64,000 nucleotides of DNA from an uncultured Candidatus Saccharibacteria bacterium (GCA_964426735.1 CAYRRP010000003.1:77378-141377), one strand, 5' to 3'. Positions 54,121-63,979 are shown, numbered from the stretch's first letter. The notes: generated from the letters alone by a model not told the origin. A program made the numbers and translations.

Positions 54121-56484
54121 ATGAAATCTGTCGCACAAAAAATCCTTATAACATTTGGTTTTATCACACTTATAACACTAAGTGTGATTCCTGTTTCTGT
54201 ATCAGCTGATCGTGCTGCGTATGAAGCGTGTGCCGCAAATGCAGGAGATGATCCTTCAGTATGTAATCATTTATTAACAGAAAATGAGGCTCAAACAGGA
54301 AAATCAAATCTCTCAGTAGGTGGAGTTGTTGGTGGTGCGATAAGTGGATTGTTTGATATACAAGGAGCTTTTTTGCGCGTACCACTCTTTCTCATCATGA
54401 AGATTGCTGCTGCACTACTCGGGATGGCTGGACTTTTACTCGATGAAGTGATGGTACGTACAGTAGTACACATGTCTGATGAAATCGGGAAAATTACCGC
54501 CATCAATGATGTATGGAGGATTATCAGGGATCTTGTAAACATGTCTTTTATTTTTATCCTCTTGTACCACGGTATTCGTATGGTACTCGGCCTCAGTGAC
54601 GCTGGTGTAAAGAAAATCATCGCAGGTATTGTTACCACTGCAATACTTATAAACTTTAGTCTATTGTTTACTAAAGTTATTATTGACGCATCAAACGTCG
54701 TTACGCTTGGTTTTTATAATTCAATTAGCGCAGCAGGAGGGACAGCAAAAGGGGATGAGTTTGCTGGAAAATACAATTTTGGTTTTTCAGGAGCTTTTAT
54801 GAAACCTCTTGGTATCACTGGTGCTTTCGACCCCTCAGGGCTTTCTCAAGCTACAAACTTCACGTTTGGAGAAAATGGAAACATGGTGATTATCTACCTT
54901 GGCAGTATTGTATTTATGCTTATTACCATTTTTATTTTTATGGCTGTAAGCGTATTCTTTATCATTCGTTTTGTTGCCTTCATCATACTCCTTATTATGT
55001 CACCAGTGGCATTCCTTTTTATTGCTCTTCCTGGTTTAGACAATCTGAAATCAAAATATTGGGGCACACTTTCTGGTCAAGCTCTTTTTGGACCATTGTA
55101 TATGTTTTACTCATGGCTTGTTTTACGACTCATGGGTCCTGGAGGTCTTGGTTCTTCAGATTATACCTTGGGGTATGCTTTAATGAACCCGAATAAAGAT
55201 ACGATATCGGTGATTATTAACTTTATTATACTTATCGGACTTCTTGTTACATCAGTTATTGAAGCAAAAAAACAAGCAACAAGCGGAGGCATAATCAGCA
55301 CAAAAATACTCGATAAAGGAACAGGTTATTTGGGAAGTGCTATTTTTGGAGGAGCTTCTATGCTCGGAAGGTCAACATTGGGTAGAGTTGGTCAAAAAAT
55401 ATCAGAAAATGATGATTTAAAGAAAAGAGCTGCCGATGGTGGAAAGTGGGCTCGCCTACAACTACTTGCAGGGAACAAACTAGCGTCATCGTCTTTTGAC
55501 GCGCGAAACACTAAAGTGATGGAGCTAGCTAGTAAAGATGTTACTGGTTTAGGAGCAATTGCTAATTTTGGTAAAGCAATTAATACAAAAGGGTATCGAG
55601 GGTATGTTGAAGAAAAACTAAAAGCTGACGCGGAATCAGACAAAGCAAGAAATGCTCAATTTAAAATGTCTGATGAACAAAAAAACATAAATAAACAAAA
55701 ATTAAAAGACTATGAAGCCAGTGGAGATGAAGCAAAGAAGAAGAAAGAACATATCGAAGCACTTACTGCCCAAATCGAAGCCGAGGAAAATGCTCTTGGT
55801 ATACCTGCATTAAATAAAAAAATTACTGAACTTACAGAGACAAAGAAAGCCACAGATGAGCAGAAAAAGAAAACTGATCAAGAAATTACTAACCTTGAAA
55901 AACAAATAAAAGAAACTATTCTTCCCGAAGAGCAGCAGCGCCTCAAAAACATTCTTCTTGAAAAGAAAAAAGTTGCTGATGATATTGAAAATACTGCAAA
56001 AGAAATAGCTACTCAACTTGTTCAAGAAAATGCCAAATATGAAGAAATTAAGAAAACAAGTGATTACAGAGATATTCAGGAAAAAATTAAAAATCGCACA
56101 GAGGAAGAAAAGTTCTACATATCTTCTGAATATGAAAAGCTTATTAGTTTAGCAGATGACAAGAAGGGTAATAAAAACCCAAGAATCAACGCTATTGAAA
56201 GAGAAGGCGATAGACGAATTAAAGCATACGCAAATAGGTTGGAGAAAAAAAGTGGTGTATTGAGTGGATTTCCAAATATTATTATTGATAAAGATTACAC
56301 TAAACGTAGAGCTAGTGTAATACGCAAACTTGCAAATGCTGAAAGACCTGAGGCTAATCTAAAAAAAGCATTAAAAGAATTTAAATTTATCGATGAGGAA
56401 GAAAATGAAGAGAAGTCTAAAGAAAAAAAAGATGATGATAAAAAAGAAGAATCAAAAACAACCCCTCCACCTTCAACACCTTAA
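54121..56484 (+). CDS. Polytopic membrane protein, VirB6/TrbL-like by topology and context, with a long K/E-rich coiled-coil tail
   Basis: 787 aa with at least 6 TM helices in residues ~60-390, followed by a ~350-aa charged coiled coil. The assignment rests on architecture and neighbourhood only. Confidence 0.55.
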   Translation: MKSVAQKILITFGFITLITLSVIPVSVSADRAAYEACAANAGDDPSVCNHLLTENEAQTGKSNLSVGGVVGGAISGLFDIQGAFLRVPLFLIMKIAAALLGMAGLLLDEVMVRTVVHMSDEIGKITAINDVWRIIRDLVNMSFIFILLYHGIRMVLGLSDAGVKKIIAGIVTTAILINFSLLFTKVIIDASNVVTLGFYNSISAAGGTAKGDEFAGKYNFGFSGAFMKPLGITGAFDPSGLSQATNFTFGENGNMVIIYLGSIVFMLITIFIFMAVSVFFIIRFVAFIILLIMSPVAFLFIALPGLDNLKSKYWGTLSGQALFGPLYMFYSWLVLRLMGPGGLGSSDYTLGYALMNPNKDTISVIINFIILIGLLVTSVIEAKKQATSGGIISTKILDKGTGYLGSAIFGGASMLGRSTLGRVGQKISENDDLKKRAADGGKWARLQLLAGNKLASSSFDARNTKVMELASKDVTGLGAIANFGKAINTKGYRGYVEEKLKADAESDKARNAQFKMSDEQKNINKQKLKDYEASGDEAKKKKEHIEALTAQIEAEENALGIPALNKKITELTETKKATDEQKKKTDQEITNLEKQIKETILPEEQQRLKNILLEKKKVADDIENTAKEIATQLVQENAKYEEIKKTSDYRDIQEKIKNRTEEEKFYISSEYEKLISLADDKKGNKNPRINAIEREGDRRIKAYANRLEKKSGVLSGFPNIIIDKDYTKRRASVIRKLANAERPEANLKKALKEFKFIDEEENEEKSKEKKDDDKKEESKTTPPPSTP

Positions 56485-56493
56485 TTAATTACC

Positions 56494-57159
56494 ATGGAAG
56501 AAGCACTTCAAGAAATAAAAGAATCACTCAAGACACTCCCTTCACATATACGTGAGGTTGTTACTCAAACAAACTGGGAGCCAAAAATAGAAGAGCTTGC
56601 TTTGAAGTATTCACTCACCAACGAACAAAAGCGTGCGTTATTTATTGAGGTATTACTTGTCCTTGTTGCAATAAACCCAGAAGAGGAGATTGTGGAAAAT
56701 ATCGAAAATGAACTCGGTGTTTCTACAATACTTGCTGAACAACTCGCCGAAGAAGTGGGGGAGCGTGTATTTTCTTGGATATATAAACTATATACAGAAA
56801 AAGCAGAGCAACACACACACAACGGAGCGCCTAAACAACCAATCAACACCCTTGATACTCCTCCACCAAACCTTCCAGGGGAAATAATCGAGGATCTTCC
56901 ACTTCCTCCAGTGGATCAAGAACCTTTATTTGCAAAAACTCAACAACGCCCACTACGAGACACTGTTGCGGACTTTTTTGCAAAACCAGAACCTATCGAG
57001 ACTCCAGTTATAGAACCAACCTCTCTACCAAAACCAGAGTCCGCAAACACAACTTCGACATTTATTAGTAAAAAACTAAGTCAACCAAGCACCATATCTA
57101 CACCGTCACGTACACCACAATCATATACTGTTGATCCGTATCGAGAACCGGTTGAATAG
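56494..57159 (+). CDS. Hypothetical protein with a Pro-rich C-terminus
   Basis: 221 aa with no motif. Confidence 0.55.
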   Translation: MEEALQEIKESLKTLPSHIREVVTQTNWEPKIEELALKYSLTNEQKRALFIEVLLVLVAINPEEEIVENIENELGVSTILAEQLAEEVGERVFSWIYKLYTEKAEQHTHNGAPKQPINTLDTPPPNLPGEIIEDLPLPPVDQEPLFAKTQQRPLRDTVADFFAKPEPIETPVIEPTSLPKPESANTTSTFISKKLSQPSTISTPSRTPQSYTVDPYREPVE

Positions 57160-57175
57160 ATTTACCATTATATTT

Positions 57176-57607
57176 ATGAGATTCCAAGTACCACAATTTA
57201 TTGAAATAGAAGATAAAATCGTAGGACCACTGACGCTTAAGCAGTTTTTGTATCTCGCTGGATCAGTAGGTATGTCAATTATTGCATATCGTTTTCTTCC
57301 ACTTATTGTAGCGATTATTGTGATTGCATGTGTTGGTTCACTTGGTATAGCTCTCGCATTTTTTAAGTACAATAACAAACCTTTTATCGACCTTCTTGAA
57401 TCAGGTGTACAGTATTACTTGGGAGAAAAACTATACATTTGGAAAAAAAGGGAGCGGGTTGTTGAAAAACAAAATACTGCTGATAAAAATCCTGCTCAAG
57501 TATATGTACCTCGTTTATCTGACAGTAAACTTAAAGAGCTCACCTGGAGCTTAGATATTAAAGAAAATCAAAACCCAGTTACTCGGGAAGAAAGTAGATT
57601 AAAGTAA
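57176..57607 (+). CDS. PrgI-family (VirB3-like) small membrane protein
   Basis: MRFQVPQFIEIEDKIVGPLTLKQFLYLAGSVG followed by two TM helices matches the PrgI pattern. The start is set at ATG 57176. Confidence 0.7.
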   Translation: MRFQVPQFIEIEDKIVGPLTLKQFLYLAGSVGMSIIAYRFLPLIVAIIVIACVGSLGIALAFFKYNNKPFIDLLESGVQYYLGEKLYIWKKRERVVEKQNTADKNPAQVYVPRLSDSKLKELTWSLDIKENQNPVTREESRLK

Positions 57608-57679
57608 AAGGATTACAGAATAATTCTTATTCATTAATCCTACTACCTTAATCATTAATCAATCTGGTATACTATTCTT

Positions 57680-58318
57680 ATGGCTATTCCTTCTAAAGCA
57701 ACACAAGATTTTGTACCTATCAAAGAAATACGTGATGGGGTAGTACTGCTCAAAGATAATTCTATGCGTGCCGTACTCCTCGCATCTTCTTTAAACTTTT
57801 CTCTTAAATCAGAAGATGAGCGAAAAGGTATTTTATACCAATTTCAAGATTTTCTTAACTCACTTGATTTTCCACTTCAAATCTTTATCCAGTCACGAAG
57901 ACTTGATATTAGACCATATATTGCTCTTCTTGAAGGTCGGTATAAAGAACAGATGAATGATTTGATGAAAATTCAAACTCAAGAATACATTGAATTTATT
58001 AAAAAGTTTACTGAGTCGACCAATATTATGACAAAAAGTTTCTTTGTGGTTGTTCCATACACTCCCGCACTGATCCAAGGAAAAGGTATAGATCCTACAA
58101 GTTTTTTTGGCAAGAAAGATGCGGATGATGCTGTAAAAAAACGCATGGTGAATTTTGAAGAAAACAAGACTCAGCTCGAACAAAGAATGGCAATCGTGGA
58201 ACAAGGACTTGTACGTTGTGGAATCAGAGTGGCACGTCTTGGAACAGAAGAAGTGGTAGAATTATTTTATAAAATATTTAATCCAGGAGAAACAGAAAAA
58301 CCAATCCAAGTGAGCTAA
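57680..58318 (+). CDS. Stand-alone VirB4 N-terminal-region homolog (first part of a split Gram-positive-type VirB4)
   Basis: TQDFVPIKEIRDGVVLLKDNSMRAVLLASSLNFSLKSEDERKGILYQFQDFLNSL resembles the extreme N-terminus of PrgJ/Tn916-Orf16-type VirB4 proteins. This is from my recollection and was not searched. Confidence 0.6.
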   Translation: MAIPSKATQDFVPIKEIRDGVVLLKDNSMRAVLLASSLNFSLKSEDERKGILYQFQDFLNSLDFPLQIFIQSRRLDIRPYIALLEGRYKEQMNDLMKIQTQEYIEFIKKFTESTNIMTKSFFVVVPYTPALIQGKGIDPTSFFGKKDADDAVKKRMVNFEENKTQLEQRMAIVEQGLVRCGIRVARLGTEEVVELFYKIFNPGETEKPIQVS

Positions 58319-58440
58319 CTATACGAATATGCGAATGAAAAACTTACGAATAACCACGAATACAGAAAATCAAAATGTTTTTTATTCGTATACATTCGTA
58401 GATTCGAATTATTTGTATATTCGTATATTTATTTAAAACT
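58319..58440. repeat. Imperfect palindrome built from 4 ACGAAT and 4 ATTCG(T) units, ending in the 14-mer ATTCGTATATTTAT
   Basis: TATACGAATAT...CTTACGAAT...ACGAATA faces TATTCGTATACATTCGTAGATTCGAAT...ATATTCGTATA. The 14-mer lies at 58419-58432, 8 nt before the ATG. Confidence 0.7.
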
Positions 58441-60246
58441 ATGGGACTATTTGATTTTTTACAAAAAAAAGAAGAGCCGTCAATATCTTCTATCATCCCT
58501 CAGGAGATTTACCAAGCAGGTACACTTGAACTGCAGGATATTATCGCACCAAGTGCGTTAAAAATTTCACCAAAAGAAATAAATCTTGGGGAAAAGGTGC
58601 TTCGTAGTTTTTTTGTAATCTCTTATCCTCGATTTCTTGGAGAAAACTGGTTCTCTCCAATCATTAACCTCGATAAAGTATTTGATATTGCTATTTTTGT
58701 ACACCCTATTGAAACATCCGATGTACTTCGTACATTTCAAAAAAAAGTAGCTGAGGTACAAAGTCAGATTATGGAACGTGAGAGTAGGGGACAAGTACGA
58801 AACCCGATGCTTGATACCGCATATCAAGATCTTGAAAACCTCCGTGACCAACTTCAACAAGCACAAGAGAAACTTTTTGATGTTGGTTTATATATCACCA
58901 TGTATGGAGATAATGAAGCGGAGCTTGATAAGATGGAATCAGAAATAAAATCTATTCTTGAATCAAAGCTTGTATATGTAAAACCAGCTCTCTTCCAACA
59001 AGAACAAGCGTTTAAAACAGTACTTCCTTTAGGAACTGATCAGCTTGAGGTTCATAGTAAGCTAAATTCTTCTCCACTCTCAAGCCTTTTTCCTTTCATA
59101 TCTTTCGACCTTACCTCAGATAAAGGTATCTTATATGGGATTAACCGACACAACTCATCACTTGTATTATTTGACCGTTTTTCACTTGAAAACTATAACT
59201 CAATTACTTTTGCAAAATCAGGTTCGGGTAAATCATATGCAACAAAACTCGAAATCCTTCGAACACTTATGTTTGATACATCAGTAATGGTTATCGACCC
59301 TGAAAATGAGTACGAGTACATGGCTGAAGCAGTAGGGGGAAGATACTTTAAAATATCGTTAAACTCAGAGCATCATATAAACCCTTTTGATCTTCCTATA
59401 CCCAATGAAGATGAATCTGCTGCGAGTGTTCTTCGAAGCAATATTATAAACTTGGTAGGGCTTTTCCGTATTATGCTTGGGGGGCTCACACCAGAAGAAG
59501 ATGCGATTGTAGATCGAGCTATCACCGAAACATACGCGCTCAAGGACATAACTCCGGACTCAGACTTCAAAAATATCGAGCCGCCACTTCTTTCTGATTT
59601 TGAAATGGTACTCTCTGGTATGGAAGGTGGAGAATCTCTTGCTCAACGTCTTACAAAATATACCAAAGGTACATGGGCTGGTTTTATCAACCGACCAACC
59701 AACATTGATATTAATAAAAAATTCATCGTCTTCTCAGTGCGAGATATGGAAGACGAGCTTAAGCCGATTGCAATGTATATTATTATGCATTATATCTGGG
59801 CTGCAATCAGAAAGGAACTAAAAAAACGTCTTCTTGTTATTGATGAAGCGTGGTGGATGATGAAATCTGAAGATACTGCTTCATTCCTTTTGTCGTTGGC
59901 AAAACGAGGACGAAAATACTTCCTCGGACTAGCGACAATCACTCAAGACGTGGATGACTTCCTTAAATCTCCGTACGGAATGCCGATTATTACAAACTCT
60001 TCTATACAAATACTTCTCAAACAATCACCGACTTCAATGGATAAACTCCAGCAAACATTTAACCTCACTGATGAAGAAAAATATCTACTCCTTGAGTCTG
60101 ATGTAGGGGAGGGAATCTTCTTTGCAGGACTCAAACACGTAGCAATCAAGATTATTGCTTCATATACTGAAGACCAGATCATCACTTCAGATCCATCTCA
60201 GATCCTTGCTATCAAAAAAGCAAAAAACGACTTACTTTCTTCTTGA
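58441..60246 (+). CDS. virB4: VirB4/TrbE-family T4SS ATPase
   Basis: 601 aa. It has Walker A FAKSGSGKSY, Walker B LLVIDEAWWMM, and a conserved pre-ATPase region (FFVISYPRFL...). Confidence 0.88.
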   Translation: MGLFDFLQKKEEPSISSIIPQEIYQAGTLELQDIIAPSALKISPKEINLGEKVLRSFFVISYPRFLGENWFSPIINLDKVFDIAIFVHPIETSDVLRTFQKKVAEVQSQIMERESRGQVRNPMLDTAYQDLENLRDQLQQAQEKLFDVGLYITMYGDNEAELDKMESEIKSILESKLVYVKPALFQQEQAFKTVLPLGTDQLEVHSKLNSSPLSSLFPFISFDLTSDKGILYGINRHNSSLVLFDRFSLENYNSITFAKSGSGKSYATKLEILRTLMFDTSVMVIDPENEYEYMAEAVGGRYFKISLNSEHHINPFDLPIPNEDESAASVLRSNIINLVGLFRIMLGGLTPEEDAIVDRAITETYALKDITPDSDFKNIEPPLLSDFEMVLSGMEGGESLAQRLTKYTKGTWAGFINRPTNIDINKKFIVFSVRDMEDELKPIAMYIIMHYIWAAIRKELKKRLLVIDEAWWMMKSEDTASFLLSLAKRGRKYFLGLATITQDVDDFLKSPYGMPIITNSSIQILLKQSPTSMDKLQQTFNLTDEEKYLLLESDVGEGIFFAGLKHVAIKIIASYTEDQIITSDPSQILAIKKAKNDLLSS

Positions 60247-60363
60247 GATACGAGGCGAGAGATTTGAGATAAGAGATATGAAAGATACACCGCTTTTTTC
60301 TCATATCCCTTCGTAAGGTTCAACCTTTACTCAACCACGTAACTTCTATACCATTATCTATAT

Positions 60364-60741
60364 ATGGATACTGAACTCGAACAAATACGCGAACAAAACA
60401 GATATAAACCAAACGATACCAATCAACAATATACTCCTCCCACAAATATACCTCCCAATACAGCAACGTGGATGTTGGCAACTGCTGGTTTTATCGACGG
60501 ATTACAAGCACTAATCACTCTTACTGGAGTAGGTGCTATTATTAACCCTTTTGTGAGTATATTTGCAGCGATTTTATTTTGGTTCTGGTTTAAGATATAT
60601 AATGTATCTTTACTTACATGGCAAAGAATGCTTACGTTTATGTTTGGTGGTGTACTTGAAGCAATACCTGTTGTTGATGCATTACCTGGTTGGTATGGAA
60701 TAGTGTGGAGAATTATACAAACTACAAAAACATCTTCGTAA
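60364..60741 (+). CDS. Hypothetical small membrane protein
   Basis: 125 aa with 2-3 TM helices. Confidence 0.55.
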   Translation: MDTELEQIREQNRYKPNDTNQQYTPPTNIPPNTATWMLATAGFIDGLQALITLTGVGAIINPFVSIFAAILFWFWFKIYNVSLLTWQRMLTFMFGGVLEAIPVVDALPGWYGIVWRIIQTTKTSS

Positions 60742-60799
60742 CCTTTACTGTTAACAACCGTTACCTCTTTTCTATACGGTTTATGATAAAATATGTGTA

Positions 60800-61810
60800 A
60801 TGATTTTTCGTTATATTACACAATTATCTTTTTTATGTTTACTATTTTTTTGTGTACCATTTATAGGAAATACACAATTGATTGGTATAACAAACAACGA
60901 TGTTTCTATTGGAGTTTCTCCAGAAAACCCGGGGCCATATAGTGTAGTTTCTGTAACAATAGAAACGTATTCGTTCGACCTTGATAACTCGAATACACGA
61001 TGGTATGTAAATGATGTTTTAGCACAAGAAGGTAAGGGGCTCAAAACGCTTACATTCGATACCGGCAAACTTGGCAAACCTATGGTAATAAAAGTTGTTA
61101 TAGATTCCACTAAAGGAACACTTACCAAAGACCTCACTATTGTCCCAAGTACAGTAAATATTCTTTGGGAAGCACAAACATATACTCCACCATTCTTTAA
61201 AGGTAAATCTTTATTTTCACATCAAAGTAGCGTCGTATTTTTTGCCCAACCGGAACTTATTTCAAATGGGAAAGTTTTAAATTCATCGAACCTTGTATAC
61301 ACATGGAGTAAAGACGGGGTTGTACTTGGTAGTGCAAGTGGGTACGGAAAACAAAGTCTCACCCTTACAGGTTCTGTTATTTCTCGTCCACTCCGTATAT
61401 TCGTAGACGTAACTGATCCAAATACCAATATTTCTGGTTCAGGTGTTATTACAGTAAATCCTATAGAACCTGAAATTCTTACGTATGTTGTACATCCATT
61501 ATATGGTATCCAATACGAAAAAGTGATAACAAAAACCCTCCCTTTGTCCGGAAAAGAGGTTACTCTTCGAGCAGAACCTTATTATTTCAACTCTGTAGAT
61601 AAAAATACATTAGGTAAATTAGCGTACAACTGGTCTATTAATGGCAACGTTATTTCTGACGGACAAAATACACAGACACGAGTTTTCAGAAAGGTAGGGG
61701 ATGTGTTTGGTTTATCAAATATAGGCATTACTGTAAATAACGATTCCAAACTATTACAATTTGCATCATACCAGCTCGCTATTGATTTTCTAAAAGATCG
61801 ATCTGAATAA
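60800..61810 (+). CDS. Secreted beta-rich protein
   Basis: 336 aa with an N-terminal signal or anchor. TAAAAT lies 7 nt before the ATG. Confidence 0.6.
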   Translation: MIFRYITQLSFLCLLFFCVPFIGNTQLIGITNNDVSIGVSPENPGPYSVVSVTIETYSFDLDNSNTRWYVNDVLAQEGKGLKTLTFDTGKLGKPMVIKVVIDSTKGTLTKDLTIVPSTVNILWEAQTYTPPFFKGKSLFSHQSSVVFFAQPELISNGKVLNSSNLVYTWSKDGVVLGSASGYGKQSLTLTGSVISRPLRIFVDVTDPNTNISGSGVITVNPIEPEILTYVVHPLYGIQYEKVITKTLPLSGKEVTLRAEPYYFNSVDKNTLGKLAYNWSINGNVISDGQNTQTRVFRKVGDVFGLSNIGITVNNDSKLLQFASYQLAIDFLKDRSE

Positions 61811-61813
61811 TTT

Positions 61814-62746
61814 ATGAAAAAAATTTTTTATACATCACTTCTTATATGCACCGCTCTCGTTGGTACTTTTGTGTATGCACAAACACCTTCAACTACCGAA
61901 CCAATCACCGGAGAATACACCGTTCTTGCCCCTATACCTGGCACAACAAAAACTTGTACCGGAAGTGGTGCAGATGAAAAATGTACTGCCGATATAAATT
62001 CTTACTTAAACGGTTTTCTTGGTGTGATAATTAGTATTGGAGCAATTATTGCTATGCTTTATATTGCATATTATGGCTTCCAGTATGCTATCTCAGACAG
62101 CGCTTCTTTGAAAATGGAATCTAAAGGAAAATTATTTGAAATTATGGGTGGTCTAGTTCTTATTATTTCTGCATACGCAATTGTATACACTATTAACCCC
62201 AAAATACTTCCAGAAGGTGGCTTATCTCTTGATATTAGCGTTCCTCGTATAAACTCTCAAACACCGATGGTTTCTGGTGGTAATGGTGGTATGCGAACCA
62301 CATTTACAACAAATCCTGATCCTGCAGGAGATAAAGTGGTGCGCGATAGATTAATAAACAATACAGGTATATCAATTAACAGAACAAACCCTTGTACACC
62401 AACTCAACGCACAGGTTGTACTTCTTTAACTGCTTTACCTGAAGTCGCTATCACAGGAGTTCTTACCTTAAACAAAGAGTGCCAGTGTAATTTAATAATA
62501 ACAGGAGGTACAGAGACACTCCCTCATAACGGTGGAGTTAATACTGAACACGGCCCAGGTTTATCTGTTGTCGATCTCAACCCTTCAGCAAAACTAAATT
62601 CATACCTTGGAAAACCAAACCCTCAAGAAAGAGACAGGGTTTCAAAAACTATCAATGGTAGAGAGGTAATCTTTATTTTTGAAAAAGCTGGTGGGAATGC
62701 ATCTCATTCATCAACAGGAGATCATTGGCATGTTCAATTTAAATAA
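61814..62746 (+). CDS. T4SS-pilin-like (VirB2/TrbC-type two-helix) N-domain fused to a LAS/M15-like metallopeptidase C-domain
   Basis: It has a signal peptide, then two hydrophobic helices (FLGVIISIGAIIAMLYIAYYG, LFEIMGGLVLIISAYAIVY). The C-terminus carries TEHGPGLSVVDL (HxxGxxxD) and GDHWHVQF. Confidence 0.6.
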   Translation: MKKIFYTSLLICTALVGTFVYAQTPSTTEPITGEYTVLAPIPGTTKTCTGSGADEKCTADINSYLNGFLGVIISIGAIIAMLYIAYYGFQYAISDSASLKMESKGKLFEIMGGLVLIISAYAIVYTINPKILPEGGLSLDISVPRINSQTPMVSGGNGGMRTTFTTNPDPAGDKVVRDRLINNTGISINRTNPCTPTQRTGCTSLTALPEVAITGVLTLNKECQCNLIITGGTETLPHNGGVNTEHGPGLSVVDLNPSAKLNSYLGKPNPQERDRVSKTINGREVIFIFEKAGGNASHSSTGDHWHVQFK

Positions 62747-62748
62747 TT

Positions 62749-63954
62749 ATGATAAAAAAAATCCTTAAAATAAGCGCATATGTACTTATTGCACTTGCAT
62801 GTGCACTTCTTGGGTATTATTTTATAATTTCAACAAATGATGGTGGTGGGGCAAATAAAAAACCTTTTTTTGCTAATCTATTTCCTTTTGGAAACAACCC
62901 AACAGTAGTATCTGAACTCCCATTTGCAACAACTACAGAAACCACTTCTGATGAGCCATCTACAGGTAATGTAGATCAAGTGATGCGTTTAATATCAAAC
63001 GAACCTGTAGCAGGAAGTGTTTTTATAGAAACACAAAGAGGGGACATTGTTCGTTATATAGAGAAGGCAACTGGTCATATTTACGATGTTCCTACATTTG
63101 AAAACACAGTTTCTCGTATTTCAAATACAACGATTCCTCAATTATATACAGCAAAATTTACTGAAAACGGATCTGGTTTTATCACTCAATATATAAAAGA
63201 TGATAATTCTCTCGAAACATTGTACGGAAAAATAATAAGTACCTCTACAGAACAAACAGTTACAGGGACGATTCTTTCTAAAAAGATTATGTCTTTTGAT
63301 ATATCTCCAAACGGAAAAACTGTCTTTACGTTAGAAACTACACAAAATGGGAGTGAGGGATATATATCAACTCCTAATGGGACAAACAAAAAACTTATAT
63401 GGACATCACCTCTACGAGAACTTATTCCTCAATATACTTCAGATACCCATATTGGATTACAAACAAAACCTCATTCTTCTGCCTATGGTATATTATTTGA
63501 TGTTGATACGAACACCTCAGCAAAAAAAATACTTGTGTCAAACCATAAAAATCTCACGACACTGCCATATATAAACAAGAATTATATTTTGTATTCAAAT
63601 ACAATCGGATTATTTACCATAAATACCACTACGGGTGTTTCAGAAGAACTTTCTCCAAACACATTTGCTGAAAAATGCGTATGGGCACACACCAAAGCAT
63701 TTGTATACTGTGCAGTTCCGCAAACAACATTAAATTCTAATTCACTGTATGCGTGGTACAAAGGAGAATTATCTTACTCTGACACTATTTGGGAATATGA
63801 TATAGAGAAAAATACCGCTCGAGAGTTGGTAAATCCTGTAGATGTCGGTGGAAGAGCTGTTGATATATCTTCTATCTCTATAAATAAAAGTGGCACACTA
63901 CTTTTAATTCAAAGTAAAACCGATGGAAGTTTGTGGACAATTAAAGTTAATTAA
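62749..63954 (+). CDS. Membrane-anchored beta-rich (propeller-like) protein
   Basis: 401 aa with an N-terminal TM segment and repeated beta-strand-rich segments. Confidence 0.6.
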   Translation: MIKKILKISAYVLIALACALLGYYFIISTNDGGGANKKPFFANLFPFGNNPTVVSELPFATTTETTSDEPSTGNVDQVMRLISNEPVAGSVFIETQRGDIVRYIEKATGHIYDVPTFENTVSRISNTTIPQLYTAKFTENGSGFITQYIKDDNSLETLYGKIISTSTEQTVTGTILSKKIMSFDISPNGKTVFTLETTQNGSEGYISTPNGTNKKLIWTSPLRELIPQYTSDTHIGLQTKPHSSAYGILFDVDTNTSAKKILVSNHKNLTTLPYINKNYILYSNTIGLFTINTTTGVSEELSPNTFAEKCVWAHTKAFVYCAVPQTTLNSNSLYAWYKGELSYSDTIWEYDIEKNTARELVNPVDVGGRAVDISSISINKSGTLLLIQSKTDGSLWTIKVN

Positions 63955-63979
63955 AAAAACGACATATGTCGTTTTTTAA
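63953..63979 (+). terminator. Intrinsic terminator closing the T4SS-like cluster
   Basis: AAAAAACGACAT|ATGTCGTTTTTT is a perfect palindrome. Confidence 0.8.
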
